Notes: generated from the letters alone by a model not told the origin. DNA of 29,615 bases from Campylobacterota bacterium (GCA_034722955.1 JAYEOM010000133.1:1-29615); one strand, 5' to 3'. Shown: positions 1 through 8,320, counted from the stretch's first letter. Numbers and translations are program-made.

Positions 1-220
1 CTCGTCACTATGTATAGCACTTCTTTTTATCTCTGCCATAGTTGTTTTGCCACCTACTAATACTTTTTGATCTTTATACTCATTGAGAAAGAGTTGATAT
101 AGGTTGATTAGGGGTAGTTTCTAGGGGGAATATGGTTTGTCAACCTTTAATGTAGACAGAGCCATGACAATCGATCTCTAACTCTATCTGCATTCATCAT
201 ATATCAAAGCAACTCTACGC

Positions 221-253
221 TAAAATTAATAGTGTCACATAACCCAAAAGGAG
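221..253 (+). promoter_or_regulatory. Putative -10 box (TAAAAT 221-226), NrtR-like half operator (ATAGTGTC 229-236) and RBS (AAGGAG 248-253) of the SPFH operon
   Basis: gcTAAAATtaATAGTGTCacataacccaaAAGGAGttgattATG read directly. The operator assignment is inferred from resemblance to NrtR boxes; the right half is degenerate. Confidence 0.45.
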
Positions 254-259
254 TTGATT

Positions 260-1276
260 ATGTTAGGGATCAAATATATTAAAGTACCGCCTACTAACTA
301 TCTAATAAAGTACAACAATGGTCATATTGCAAAAGAGGGTGTAGGTCTCTCATTTTTTTATTATGCTCCAACTACGACAATCGTCTCTATACCTATAGGT
401 TCCGTTGATGCCCCTTTTATATTTGAAGAGGTTACATCGGATTTCCAAAGTATCTCTATCCAGGGACAGATCACATATAAGATAAAAGATGCCAAAAACA
501 TAGCTGCTCTACTCGATTTTTCACTTGACTCCATTAGGCAAACATACCAATCAGAAGATCCGGAGAAGCTATCACAAAGGGTTATAAATCAAGTTCAAGT
601 TGTTACAAAAAAAGAGATTCAAAAATTGACACTGCAATCGACTCTTACCTCCATAGATGAGACCGTGGAGAAGATCAATGAATCTATGGTCAAATCAAAA
701 GAGATGAATGCTCTAGGTATTGAAATCTTGAGCTTTTCACTGTTGGCTATCAGGCCTACACCTGAAACCTCTAGGGCACTGGAAGCAGAAACTAGAGAAG
801 AGCTTCTCAAAAAAGCAGATGAGGCACTGCATACTAGAAGAAATGCTGCCATAGAACAGGAGAGGATTATAAAAGAGAATGAATTAAATACAGAGATTGC
901 CGTAGAGAATAAAAAGAGAGAGATCCAAGAGACAAAAATGGAAGCTAAAAAAGTTATCCAAGAGAAGGAGTATGAGCTAAAAGAGTTAGCTATAAGCTCC
1001 AAGATAACCTTGGAAGAGAGCAATAGCAATCTCGTAGAGTTGAAGGTGAAAAATGCCAAAAAAGAGTCTGATGCAAAAGCTTATGCAGTAGAGGCTCTTA
1101 TGAAGTCTGTCTCCACCGTAGATCCCAAAACTCTCCAAGCTATCACAAGCTCCAATATGAGTTCAGAGCAGTTGATAGCTCATGCTTTTCAAGATATAGC
1201 TGACAATTCTGAAAAAATCGGACAACTCAATATTACTCCGGATCTGTTGAAAGAGTTGATGAATAGAGATCATTGA
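260..1276 (+). CDS. SPFH/Band-7 (prohibitin/flotillin-like) domain protein with C-terminal coiled coil; resembles the NrtR-regulon Band-7 protein
   Basis: N-terminal beta-rich SPFH core (GLSFFYYAPTTTIVSIP, FEEVTSDFQSISIQGQITY), then an E/K/A-rich coiled coil ending KIGQLNITPDLL. The ATG at 260 lies 6 nt after AAGGAG, so it is preferred over the TTG at 254. Confidence 0.85.
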   Translation: MLGIKYIKVPPTNYLIKYNNGHIAKEGVGLSFFYYAPTTTIVSIPIGSVDAPFIFEEVTSDFQSISIQGQITYKIKDAKNIAALLDFSLDSIRQTYQSEDPEKLSQRVINQVQVVTKKEIQKLTLQSTLTSIDETVEKINESMVKSKEMNALGIEILSFSLLAIRPTPETSRALEAETREELLKKADEALHTRRNAAIEQERIIKENELNTEIAVENKKREIQETKMEAKKVIQEKEYELKELAISSKITLEESNSNLVELKVKNAKKESDAKAYAVEALMKSVSTVDPKTLQAITSSNMSSEQLIAHAFQDIADNSEKIGQLNITPDLLKELMNRDH

Positions 1277-2235
1277 TGGAGAGATTGAGTGAAAACAAGA
1301 TCATCCTAATCACCAGAAAAAGCAGGCTTGATGATCTGATACATAAATTTAATACTCAAAATCAAGCCAAATTCTACATAGAGCATTTGGGTGGTGACTT
1401 CAAGGATTATCAAAACGAACATGATCAATACCAAAAAGTCATCATAAAAGCAGTAAAAACTCTATCTAAACTAGGAAGAGTTCAGCAGCTAGATAGATCT
1501 TTTTTGCCAAATTACATATTTAGTACGGATGATACAATTGTCGTGATAGGGCAGGATGGTTTGGTGGCAAACTGTATCAAATACCTTGATACTCATCCGC
1601 TGATAGCCATAAATCCAGATCCCGATAGATGGGATGGAGAGCTTCTCCCTTTTAGGGTAGATGATCTAGAGAGAGTAATCCCTAAGCTTTTCAGTGGATG
1701 CTGCTCTACCAAAAAGATAACCCTAGCAAAGGCTACATTGAATACAGGTGAAGAGATATATGGAGTAAATGATATATTTATAGGACCAAAATCTCATTCG
1801 TCGTTAAGATACAGTATAAAAATAAACGATCAGCAAGAGCATCAATCCTCAAGTGGCATCATAGTATCAACAGGGCTAGGCTCTACGGGATGGCTCAAGA
1901 GCCTTATCTTGGGTGCCAATAGCGTATCCAAAGCGTTTCAAAAAAATAGTTCCAGTGACTATAAAACTAAAAAGAGAGATATAGATGCCTCATTCCCATG
2001 GGATGCAAACTACCTCTACTTTACAGTCAGAGAGCCATTCCCTAGTCAATACTCTCAAGCAGAGATAGTTTTTGGTAAAATAACAGATGAAAAAACACTG
2101 GAGATCAGCTCTTTTATGCCAGAAAATGGTGTTATTTTCAGTGATGGCATAGAGAAGGATTTTTTAAATTTCAACTCCGGAAGTGTAGTAACTGTATCTA
2201 TAGCCAAAAAGAGAGGTTGCCTAGTAGTAGATTAG
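1276..2235 (+). CDS. NAD kinase/diacylglycerol kinase-like (PpnK-type) protein, divergent; substrate unknown
   Basis: VIGQDGLVAN (GGDG-like), INPDP, GVNDIFIG (NE/ND motif) and SSGIIVSTGLGSTGW (TPTGSTAY-like). The ATG overlaps the SPFH stop codon (TGATG at 1274-1278). Confidence 0.8.
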   Translation: MERLSENKIILITRKSRLDDLIHKFNTQNQAKFYIEHLGGDFKDYQNEHDQYQKVIIKAVKTLSKLGRVQQLDRSFLPNYIFSTDDTIVVIGQDGLVANCIKYLDTHPLIAINPDPDRWDGELLPFRVDDLERVIPKLFSGCCSTKKITLAKATLNTGEEIYGVNDIFIGPKSHSSLRYSIKINDQQEHQSSSGIIVSTGLGSTGWLKSLILGANSVSKAFQKNSSSDYKTKKRDIDASFPWDANYLYFTVREPFPSQYSQAEIVFGKITDEKTLEISSFMPENGVIFSDGIEKDFLNFNSGSVVTVSIAKKRGCLVVD

Positions 2236-2429
2236 ATTTCAACACCATCCCAAAATTCATTATAATTTAAATTCGTTTGAGAATCATGGGCGTTTTGCAG
2301 CTTTTCGCTCTCCTCTGCAAAGTAGAGTTTTAGTGCTTCATTTATCATACTGCTCTCATCTTTTTTCAGCAGCTCTTTGAATACCATAAGGTTTTCTAGA
2401 TTTTCATCAGTTAATTTATAATTTTTCAT
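2232..2429 (-). CDS. Small hypothetical protein, possible ribbon-helix-helix/CopG-like fold
   Basis: 65 aa from ATG 2429. Short strand plus two helices (KDESSMINEALKLYF) and an acidic aromatic tail (YNEFWDGVEI). TACAAT -10 box 6 nt upstream. Overlaps the convergent stop by 4 bp. Confidence 0.65.
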   Translation of the reverse strand: MKNYKLTDENLENLMVFKELLKKDESSMINEALKLYFAEESEKLQNAHDSQTNLNYNEFWDGVEI

Positions 2430-2435
2430 AGCCAA

Positions 2436-2510
2436 ATTGTATCTAAATCTCTAAAATATAGAGTATTAGAGTAGCTACATTAGACAAAAAACATAACAGT
2501 TCGGTATAAT
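2436..2510. promoter_or_regulatory. Divergent promoter pair: TACAAT (- strand, 2441-2436) and TATAAT (+ strand, 2505-2510), both apparently leaderless
   Basis: Each -10 hexamer is preceded by GN, lies exactly 6 nt before an ATG and has no SD. Confidence 0.6.
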
Positions 2511-2516
2511 GCGACC

Positions 2517-3083
2517 ATGAAAACAGTAGATATATCTGAGATCGCCACTCTGCCAACCAAATATGGTACCTTCAGGATCAAAGCCTTCAAAGAGGGAGAC
2601 AAAGAGCATTTGGCACTCTATACGGAAAAACTTTCAAAAACTCCTATAGTACGAGTACACTCTGAGTGTTTAACAGGAGATGCTTTGGGATCACTCAAGT
2701 GTGACTGTGGAGAGCAGCTGCATTTCTCTCTGGGGCTGATTGCCCGTGAGGGTGGGATGTTGATCTATCATAGACAGGAGGGTCGAAATATAGGGCTTCT
2801 TAACAAGGTCAATGCATACGCACTCCAAGATCAGGGGTACAACACAGTCGAAGCCAATCATCAGCTTGGTTTTTCTGCGGATGAACGCACATATGAGATC
2901 GTTGAATTTATCCTTGAACACTTTGAGATCAAAGAGTTGAAACTTCTCACCAATAACCCCAAAAAAATAGAGAGTCTTAAGGGTATAGATATCATAGAGA
3001 GACTTCCTATCAAAATAGAGGCAAACCCTCACAATAAAAACTACCTCAAGACAAAAAAAGAGGAACTCGGTCACCTCTTGTAA
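2517..3083 (+). CDS. ribA: GTP cyclohydrolase II
   Basis: LPTKYG, VRVHSECLTGDALGSLKCDCGEQL (Zn-binding Cys residues), QEGRNIGL, LLTNNPKK, YLKTKKEELGHLL. Confidence 0.97.
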   Translation: MKTVDISEIATLPTKYGTFRIKAFKEGDKEHLALYTEKLSKTPIVRVHSECLTGDALGSLKCDCGEQLHFSLGLIAREGGMLIYHRQEGRNIGLLNKVNAYALQDQGYNTVEANHQLGFSADERTYEIVEFILEHFEIKELKLLTNNPKKIESLKGIDIIERLPIKIEANPHNKNYLKTKKEELGHLL

Positions 3084-3101
3084 CTCACCCAAAGGAGTCC
3101 T

Positions 3102-3362
3102 ATGAAAAATAGTGAAAAACTGAAAAATCTTATAGAGCTGGAGATCCTGCCTGATGTAGAGATAGCTATAGATGAGCTTTTTGAAGTGATCAGTAAAACA
3201 AAAAATGCAAACTCTACACAAAAAGAGGAGCTAGAAGAGCTGCGTGAAATGCGTACAGAGTTTTATGCCATTATCGAAGATGTGACACGAAATGAGATCG
3301 AAGAGGATGAGGTAGATGCACTGCTAGAGGAGCTGATGGATATGAAGAGTGAGGAGGAGTAG
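3102..3362 (+). CDS. Small highly acidic helical hypothetical protein
   Basis: 86 aa, strong RBS (AAAGGAG 6 nt upstream), fills the gap between ribA and tex. Confidence 0.75.
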   Translation: MKNSEKLKNLIELEILPDVEIAIDELFEVISKTKNANSTQKEELEELREMRTEFYAIIEDVTRNEIEEDEVDALLEELMDMKSEEE

Positions 3363-3368
3363 AGCCCA

Positions 3369-5465
3369 ATGCAGGAGCTTATCGCTTTTCTCATCCCCAA
3401 AACAACACTCAGCCAAGAGCAGATCACCAATATCCTAATACTACTCGATGAGGGATCTACTATACCATTCATCGCTCGCTATCGCAAAGAGATGACGGGT
3501 AGTGCAGATGATGAAAAGCTTCGTGAGTTTGAAACGCTATATCTCAGTGCTATACGCTTCCTTGAACGAAGAGATGAGATACGCCGCCTCATTAGTGACA
3601 GAGGTGTATTGAGTGAGAGTATCGAGCAGAGTATCCGGAAGGCAGAGAGCTTGAGTACTCTCGAAGATATCTATCGTCCATTTAAAGAGAAGAGAAGCTC
3701 TCGTGCTTCAACTGCAATAGCAGAGGGTTTGACTCCTCTATCCACGACACTATCTCGTGCCACACTTACGACAGAGCAGCTAAGAGCTCAAGCTCAAAAA
3801 ATTCTCAAAGGCAAAGTGACCTCTGTCGATGAGGCGATCAGGGGTGCTCAGGATATCTTGGCTGAGAGATACGCAGAGCTACCCCGTGAGAGAGAAGCGA
3901 TACGCAATAGTATGTTGAAGTTTGGGGTATTGGAGGTGAAGAGAGGCAGAAATTTCCAAGAGGATGGTCTCTTCAAAAATTTTGTCTCCAAAGCAGAAAA
4001 GGTTGCCCATATACCATCTCATCGCTATCTAGCTATCATGCGTGGTGTCAAGGAGAGAGAGCTATCTGCCAAGATCACTATCGATACCTCTCGTATAGAA
4101 GCTATGATTAAACAGTATAAAATTCCCAGAGATGCAGCAAGCTCTCAAACTCTTCTATTTGATGCTTATCGTGATGGCCTCAAGCGTCTGCTGCTTCCTT
4201 CACTAGAGAGGGAGGTGCATACTATTCTCAAAGAGCGGTCAGATCAGGCTGCTATCTCTGTATTTGGTCGAAATCTTCATCAGCTTCTGATGACACCTCC
4301 TGTGAGCAAGCGTGTCATTTTGGGTGTAGATCCTGCGTTTAGGACAGGGTGCAAGCTTGCAGTTATAGATGAGCAGGGCAACTATCTAGATCATGCTGTT
4401 GTCTATCCTACAGCACCAAAGAGGGATTACGAGGGTTCCAAGTCTAAAGTCTTGGCATTGGCAAAAAAATACCATATCACTGGTGTGGCTATTGGCAATG
4501 GTACAGGCTCTCAGGAGACTCAAGCTTTTTTTGCAAAGCTCAATAGAGAGGAGGGTGCCGATCTTGGATATACGGTTATCTCAGAAGCAGGTGCATCTGT
4601 CTATTCAGCTTCCAAGATCGCAATGCAGGAGTATCCTCATCTGGATGTCACTATACGAGGAGCTATTTCTATCGCCCAACGCCTTCGTGATCCTATGGCA
4701 GCACTGGTCAAGATAGACCCCAAATCTCTAGGTATTGGTCAATATCAGCATGATGTAGACCAAAAAAAGCTTGCAAAAAAACTATCCGCCGTGACAGAAG
4801 ACTTGGTCAATCATATAGGTGTAGATATCAACTCTGCTTCACTGTCACTACTAGTACATATCGCAGGAATCACCCCTAGAGTGGCTCAAAATATTATAGA
4901 TTATCGAGAGGGGTATGGTGATTTTACTACAAAAGATGAGCTGTTAAAAGTCAAAGGTATAGGCAAAAAATCATATGAGCAAGCTGCAGGGTTTATCCGC
5001 ATCAAAGATGGCAAAAGAGTACTCGATAACAGTGGTATCCATCCTGAAAGTTATATGATAGCTTCAGAGTTAGAGGGCTTGGATCTGGATACTATCGATA
5101 GTGATGCTCTTGCACAAGAGCTTCATGTGGGAGTAGAGACTCTCAGAGATATCATCAGAGAGCTTCAAAAGCCGGGATTTGACCCTAGAGAAGAGCTTCC
5201 TGCTATTCCATTTAAAGAGGGTATGACCGATATCAGTATGCTGAGAGAGGGAAGTTTCATCTCAGGTATAGTGAGAAATATAGCTGATTTTGGTGCATTT
5301 GTAGATATAGGACTCAAAAATGATGGTATGATTCATATCTCCAAGATGAGTTCTCGCCGTATCAAACACCCTCTGGAGGTTTTATCAATCAATCAATATC
5401 TCCCTCTTATAGAGGTTGTATCTATAGACAGAGAGAGAGGCAAGATAGGATTGAGTTTGGTTTGA
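3369..5465 (+). CDS. tex: Tex/YhgF family transcription accessory protein (YqgF-like, HhH and S1 domains)
   Basis: LLDEGSTIPFIARYRKEMTG, ILGVDPAFRTGCKLAV, SEAGASVYSAS, LVKIDPKSLGIGQYQHDV, and C-terminal S1 (GIVRNIADFGAFVDIG). Confidence 0.95.
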   Translation: MQELIAFLIPKTTLSQEQITNILILLDEGSTIPFIARYRKEMTGSADDEKLREFETLYLSAIRFLERRDEIRRLISDRGVLSESIEQSIRKAESLSTLEDIYRPFKEKRSSRASTAIAEGLTPLSTTLSRATLTTEQLRAQAQKILKGKVTSVDEAIRGAQDILAERYAELPREREAIRNSMLKFGVLEVKRGRNFQEDGLFKNFVSKAEKVAHIPSHRYLAIMRGVKERELSAKITIDTSRIEAMIKQYKIPRDAASSQTLLFDAYRDGLKRLLLPSLEREVHTILKERSDQAAISVFGRNLHQLLMTPPVSKRVILGVDPAFRTGCKLAVIDEQGNYLDHAVVYPTAPKRDYEGSKSKVLALAKKYHITGVAIGNGTGSQETQAFFAKLNREEGADLGYTVISEAGASVYSASKIAMQEYPHLDVTIRGAISIAQRLRDPMAALVKIDPKSLGIGQYQHDVDQKKLAKKLSAVTEDLVNHIGVDINSASLSLLVHIAGITPRVAQNIIDYREGYGDFTTKDELLKVKGIGKKSYEQAAGFIRIKDGKRVLDNSGIHPESYMIASELEGLDLDTIDSDALAQELHVGVETLRDIIRELQKPGFDPREELPAIPFKEGMTDISMLREGSFISGIVRNIADFGAFVDIGLKNDGMIHISKMSSRRIKHPLEVLSINQYLPLIEVVSIDRERGKIGLSLV

Positions 5466-5502
5466 TGCCAAAATGAAATATAAATTTAACTACTGTCAAA
5501 GA

Positions 5503-5530
5503 GTGATTATAATATGACAACCAAAGGAGG
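5503..5530 (+). promoter_or_regulatory. Putative -10 (TATAAT 5508-5513) and RBS (AAGGAGG) for the 5537 gene
   Basis: gtgatTATAAT...ccaAAGGAGGcaagggATG. Confidence 0.5.
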
Positions 5531-5536
5531 CAAGGG

Positions 5537-5863
5537 ATGGATGGGATGATAAAAGTAACTTATACAATACTCTGCGAGAGTGATGTCAACAGGGAAGTTG
5601 ATCTGACGGAGATGCTGAACAATGAGAAGGTAGTCAAGGTAATGAAGAGCGAGTTTGCCAAAGGATTGAGAAACATAATGCTCTCTATCAAAGAGAGTAC
5701 TGCCATCACGATCAAGACAGAGAAAGAGAGATTTGATTTTATGGTCAGCAAAAATGACTTCGCTGATCTGCTTGAGCTGGCAGAAGAGGATGCGAAAAAA
5801 AACAGACGACTCAAGAAAGGGTGTGACGGTATAGAGCTAGTAGACATTATCACAGTGGAGTGA
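5537..5863 (+). CDS. Hypothetical protein
   Basis: 108-aa ORF with a strong RBS and its own -10 box; no recognisable motif. Confidence 0.75.
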   Translation: MDGMIKVTYTILCESDVNREVDLTEMLNNEKVVKVMKSEFAKGLRNIMLSIKESTAITIKTEKERFDFMVSKNDFADLLELAEEDAKKNRRLKKGCDGIELVDIITVE

Positions 5864-5883
5864 TATTTGGGTATACTTGCGAT

Positions 5884-6978
5884 ATGAAAATTTATGCATA
5901 TACCCATGACCCCATCTCTTTTGATTTTGAACAGACAGTTGATCGTTTTTTTGTAGAGGAGATTCCTCTGCATCCGTTTGGAAAAAATGGTAATTTTTTG
6001 ATCCTCAAGATCAAAAAGAGTGACATGAGCACATGGAAACTTATCCATGTACTCTCCAAAGCTACAGGACTCAATGAGCGAGATATCGGATACGCAGGTC
6101 TCAAAGATAAAAATGCCACTGCGATCCAATACATATCAATACCAAAAAGATATGAGAGAGATTTAAAAAATCTCACAACAGAGAAGATAGAGATATTGGA
6201 TAAGTTTTATCATAAATCACCCATCAAAATAGGTCAGCTCAAAGGTAATGAATTTTCGATTGTTTTACATAGTGTGTCGCAAGCAGATGCCGAAAAGATC
6301 GACAGTGTTGCAGATAAAATAACCCAAGATGGTATCCCTAACTACTTTGGCTATCAGCGTTTTGGTGAAGATGCTAAAAGCTATCTTCAAGGAAAACAGA
6401 TCGCCCTGAGCGGAAAGAGACTCAAGGGAGCAAAAGAGAAACTTCTAGTAGCATCCTATCAGAGTCATCTCTTTAACCAATGGCTCCTAGAGCGTGTCAA
6501 ACTCTCAAATATCATAAGAGCAAACCCCCCTGCTATAGCAGCAAAACAACTCTCTTATCCTGAAGCACTAGTAAAAGTTTTGGCAAAACAGCCACAATTT
6601 TTCAAACTTTTCATAGGTGATCTAATGCTCTCATACCCATATGGAAAACCGCACTATCTCAAAGATATGCTCTATGGATCCAAACTATTCAAGGAGAAGA
6701 GAGTATCTCCTACAGGACTCATCTGCGGTTCACATGCCAAAAGATCTCAAAGTGATGCTTATCACCTAGAGGCACCCTATGATGATGAAGAGCTCAGTGC
6801 ACTCAAGGGTGATCGCCGTTATGCTTGGATATGGCCGCAAAATATCAAAACTCATTATGATAGAGAGAGTCAAAAGCTCACTATAGGGTTTAGACTTCCT
6901 AGAGGTTCTTACGCTACCACTCTACTCGAAGAGATAGGAAAAAAAATATTAAGGATGGAGATAGAGATGCACAAGTAG
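5884..6978 (+). CDS. truD: tRNA pseudouridine(13) synthase
   Basis: FFVEEIPL, IGYAGLKDKNATAIQYIS (catalytic Asp), LKGNEFSI, PNYFGYQRFG, FRLPRGSYATTLLEE. ATG 5884 lies 6 nt after TATACT and is preferred over GTG 5860. Confidence 0.95.
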   Translation: MKIYAYTHDPISFDFEQTVDRFFVEEIPLHPFGKNGNFLILKIKKSDMSTWKLIHVLSKATGLNERDIGYAGLKDKNATAIQYISIPKRYERDLKNLTTEKIEILDKFYHKSPIKIGQLKGNEFSIVLHSVSQADAEKIDSVADKITQDGIPNYFGYQRFGEDAKSYLQGKQIALSGKRLKGAKEKLLVASYQSHLFNQWLLERVKLSNIIRANPPAIAAKQLSYPEALVKVLAKQPQFFKLFIGDLMLSYPYGKPHYLKDMLYGSKLFKEKRVSPTGLICGSHAKRSQSDAYHLEAPYDDEELSALKGDRRYAWIWPQNIKTHYDRESQKLTIGFRLPRGSYATTLLEEIGKKILRMEIEMHK

Positions 6979-7059
6979 TGTAATCTTGCATAGAGAGTTC
7001 GCTTTTTTCATAACTGACACATAAATTGTATTTATTCAAATAGAGTTTTTATAATACTG

Positions 7060-7068
7060 TGATATAAT
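7060..7068 (+). promoter_or_regulatory. Extended -10 promoter (TGaTATAAT) of the hemerythrin-like gene
   Basis: Perfect TGnTATAAT 20 nt upstream of ATG 7089, in an AT-rich intergenic region. Confidence 0.65.
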
Positions 7069-7088
7069 GATTTCAAAAAGGGGATTAA

Positions 7089-7523
7089 ATGTTTTTTTCA
7101 CTCTTCTCATCTAAAAGTCAAAAACTTGTAACAAAATGGAAAAAAGAGCATGAAGAGCTTGTGGTACTAGCACATAAAGTGATAGCTGCATATTCAAAAA
7201 ATGACCAGCCAGCTGCAAAAAAAGCACTTAAAGAACTTAATGATTTGGCAGTAGATCATATAATGAATGAAGATATAGAGTTCTATCGGCTGTTAAAAGA
7301 TCACAAAAAAATGGATGACACAACAGAGCACATGATGGGAGATTTTGTTAAAACCTTCAAAGGAACAAAAATAACCCTGATGAACTTCTTGACAAAATAT
7401 TCACGACCTGATGTAGAGCTAGACGAAGAGTTTTTTAAGACATTCAATAGTCTAGTCGGGGTATTAGGAGAGAGGATTGCTTTTGAAGAGAACAATCTAT
7501 ATGTACAGATGAGTGATAAATAA
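7089..7523 (+). CDS. Hemerythrin/HHE-like four-helix-bundle protein
   Basis: WKKEH(21), DH(57)IMNE(61)DIEFY and ERIAFEENNLY give a repeated HHE-type pattern. Confidence 0.75.
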   Translation: MFFSLFSSKSQKLVTKWKKEHEELVVLAHKVIAAYSKNDQPAAKKALKELNDLAVDHIMNEDIEFYRLLKDHKKMDDTTEHMMGDFVKTFKGTKITLMNFLTKYSRPDVELDEEFFKTFNSLVGVLGERIAFEENNLYVQMSDK

Positions 7524-7537
7524 TAAAAAAAGTCTTC

Positions 7538-8308
7538 TCAGACTCCAAAGAGTCTGTAGGCATTTTTGGTTGTTATCTTCTCTATCTCTTCTCTGGATAT
7601 ACCACTCAATAGACCCATTTTATCAGCGATGAAGGTCGTATAGGATGGTTCATTTCTCTCTCCTCTGTGAGGGTGTGGTGTCAAGTAGGGAGCATCGGTC
7701 TCTATCAAAAGTTTATCAGTTGGTATTTTGGGATAGACTCGGATCAATTTTTTAGCATTTTTAAAAGTCAAAACACCGCCTATACCATAATAGAAATTTT
7801 TATCGGACAGTTTCAATAACTCTTCATCTGCATTATAACAGTGCAGGACACCACCACTGCTACCGGCATTCAACTTCAATAGCTCCATAGAGTCACGACT
7901 AGAGTCTCGAATATGCACAATCAAAGGTTTCTCCAGCTCTTTTGCCCATATAATCTGATCCATAAAGACCTCTTTTTGCAATCTTTTTTCTACTTCTATC
8001 TCTTCTCTATCTTTGGGGAGACGATAGTAGTCGAGACCACACTCACCTATAGCTACACACTTCGTATGCTCTGTGTAGGGTTTTAGAAGAGAGCGATCAT
8101 AATTTTTGGCATCATAGGGGTGTACCCCTACGGCAAAATATATACCATCATATCTCTCAGCCAAATCTACAGCCCTATCTAGTGTCTGCGGATCAGCACC
8201 AGGGATGATAAATCTCTCTACCCCATGAGATAAAGCTCGCTCCAAAACAGCATCGATATCTTCATCATAACGAGGATCATCAAGATGACAATGTGTATCA
8301 ACAATCAT
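7538..8308 (-). CDS. tatD: TatD family metal-dependent hydrolase/DNase
   Basis: IVDTHCHLD, AVGVHP, AIGECGLDY, LIVHIRD, GVLHCY, LLIETDAPYLTP, RNEP. Confidence 0.95.
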   Translation of the reverse strand: MIVDTHCHLDDPRYDEDIDAVLERALSHGVERFIIPGADPQTLDRAVDLAERYDGIYFAVGVHPYDAKNYDRSLLKPYTEHTKCVAIGECGLDYYRLPKDREEIEVEKRLQKEVFMDQIIWAKELEKPLIVHIRDSSRDSMELLKLNAGSSGGVLHCYNADEELLKLSDKNFYYGIGGVLTFKNAKKLIRVYPKIPTDKLLIETDAPYLTPHPHRGERNEPSYTTFIADKMGLLSGISREEIEKITTKNAYRLFGV

Positions 8309-8320
8309 AATATTAACCTT

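Noticed and set aside
1..200. Possible partial or decayed minus-strand gene (open frame 120-1, KLPLINLYQLFLNEY…MAEIKRSAIHSDE; ATG at 39; short upstream ORFs)
   Set aside because: Truncated by the window edge, an in-frame stop at 123-121, and no recognisable motif (not NrtR-like). It cannot be called.
619..1059. 146-aa minus-strand ORF
   Set aside because: Ser/Leu/Phe-rich antisense shadow of the Glu/Lys-rich SPFH coiled coil.
2436..2516. FMN riboswitch upstream of ribA
   Set aside because: No room and no conserved RFN sequence; the -10 box abuts the ATG.
2691..3472. Minus-strand ORFs 2691-3221 and 3263-3472
   Set aside because: Antisense to ribA, the acidic protein and tex; no RBS or motifs.
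5494..5519. TGTCA-N16-TGACA inverted repeat around the -10 box of the 5537 gene
   Set aside because: The 5-bp arms with a long spacer are expected by chance.
5560..6176. Minus-strand ORFs of 189 and 94 aa
   Set aside because: Shadows of the 5537 gene and truD.
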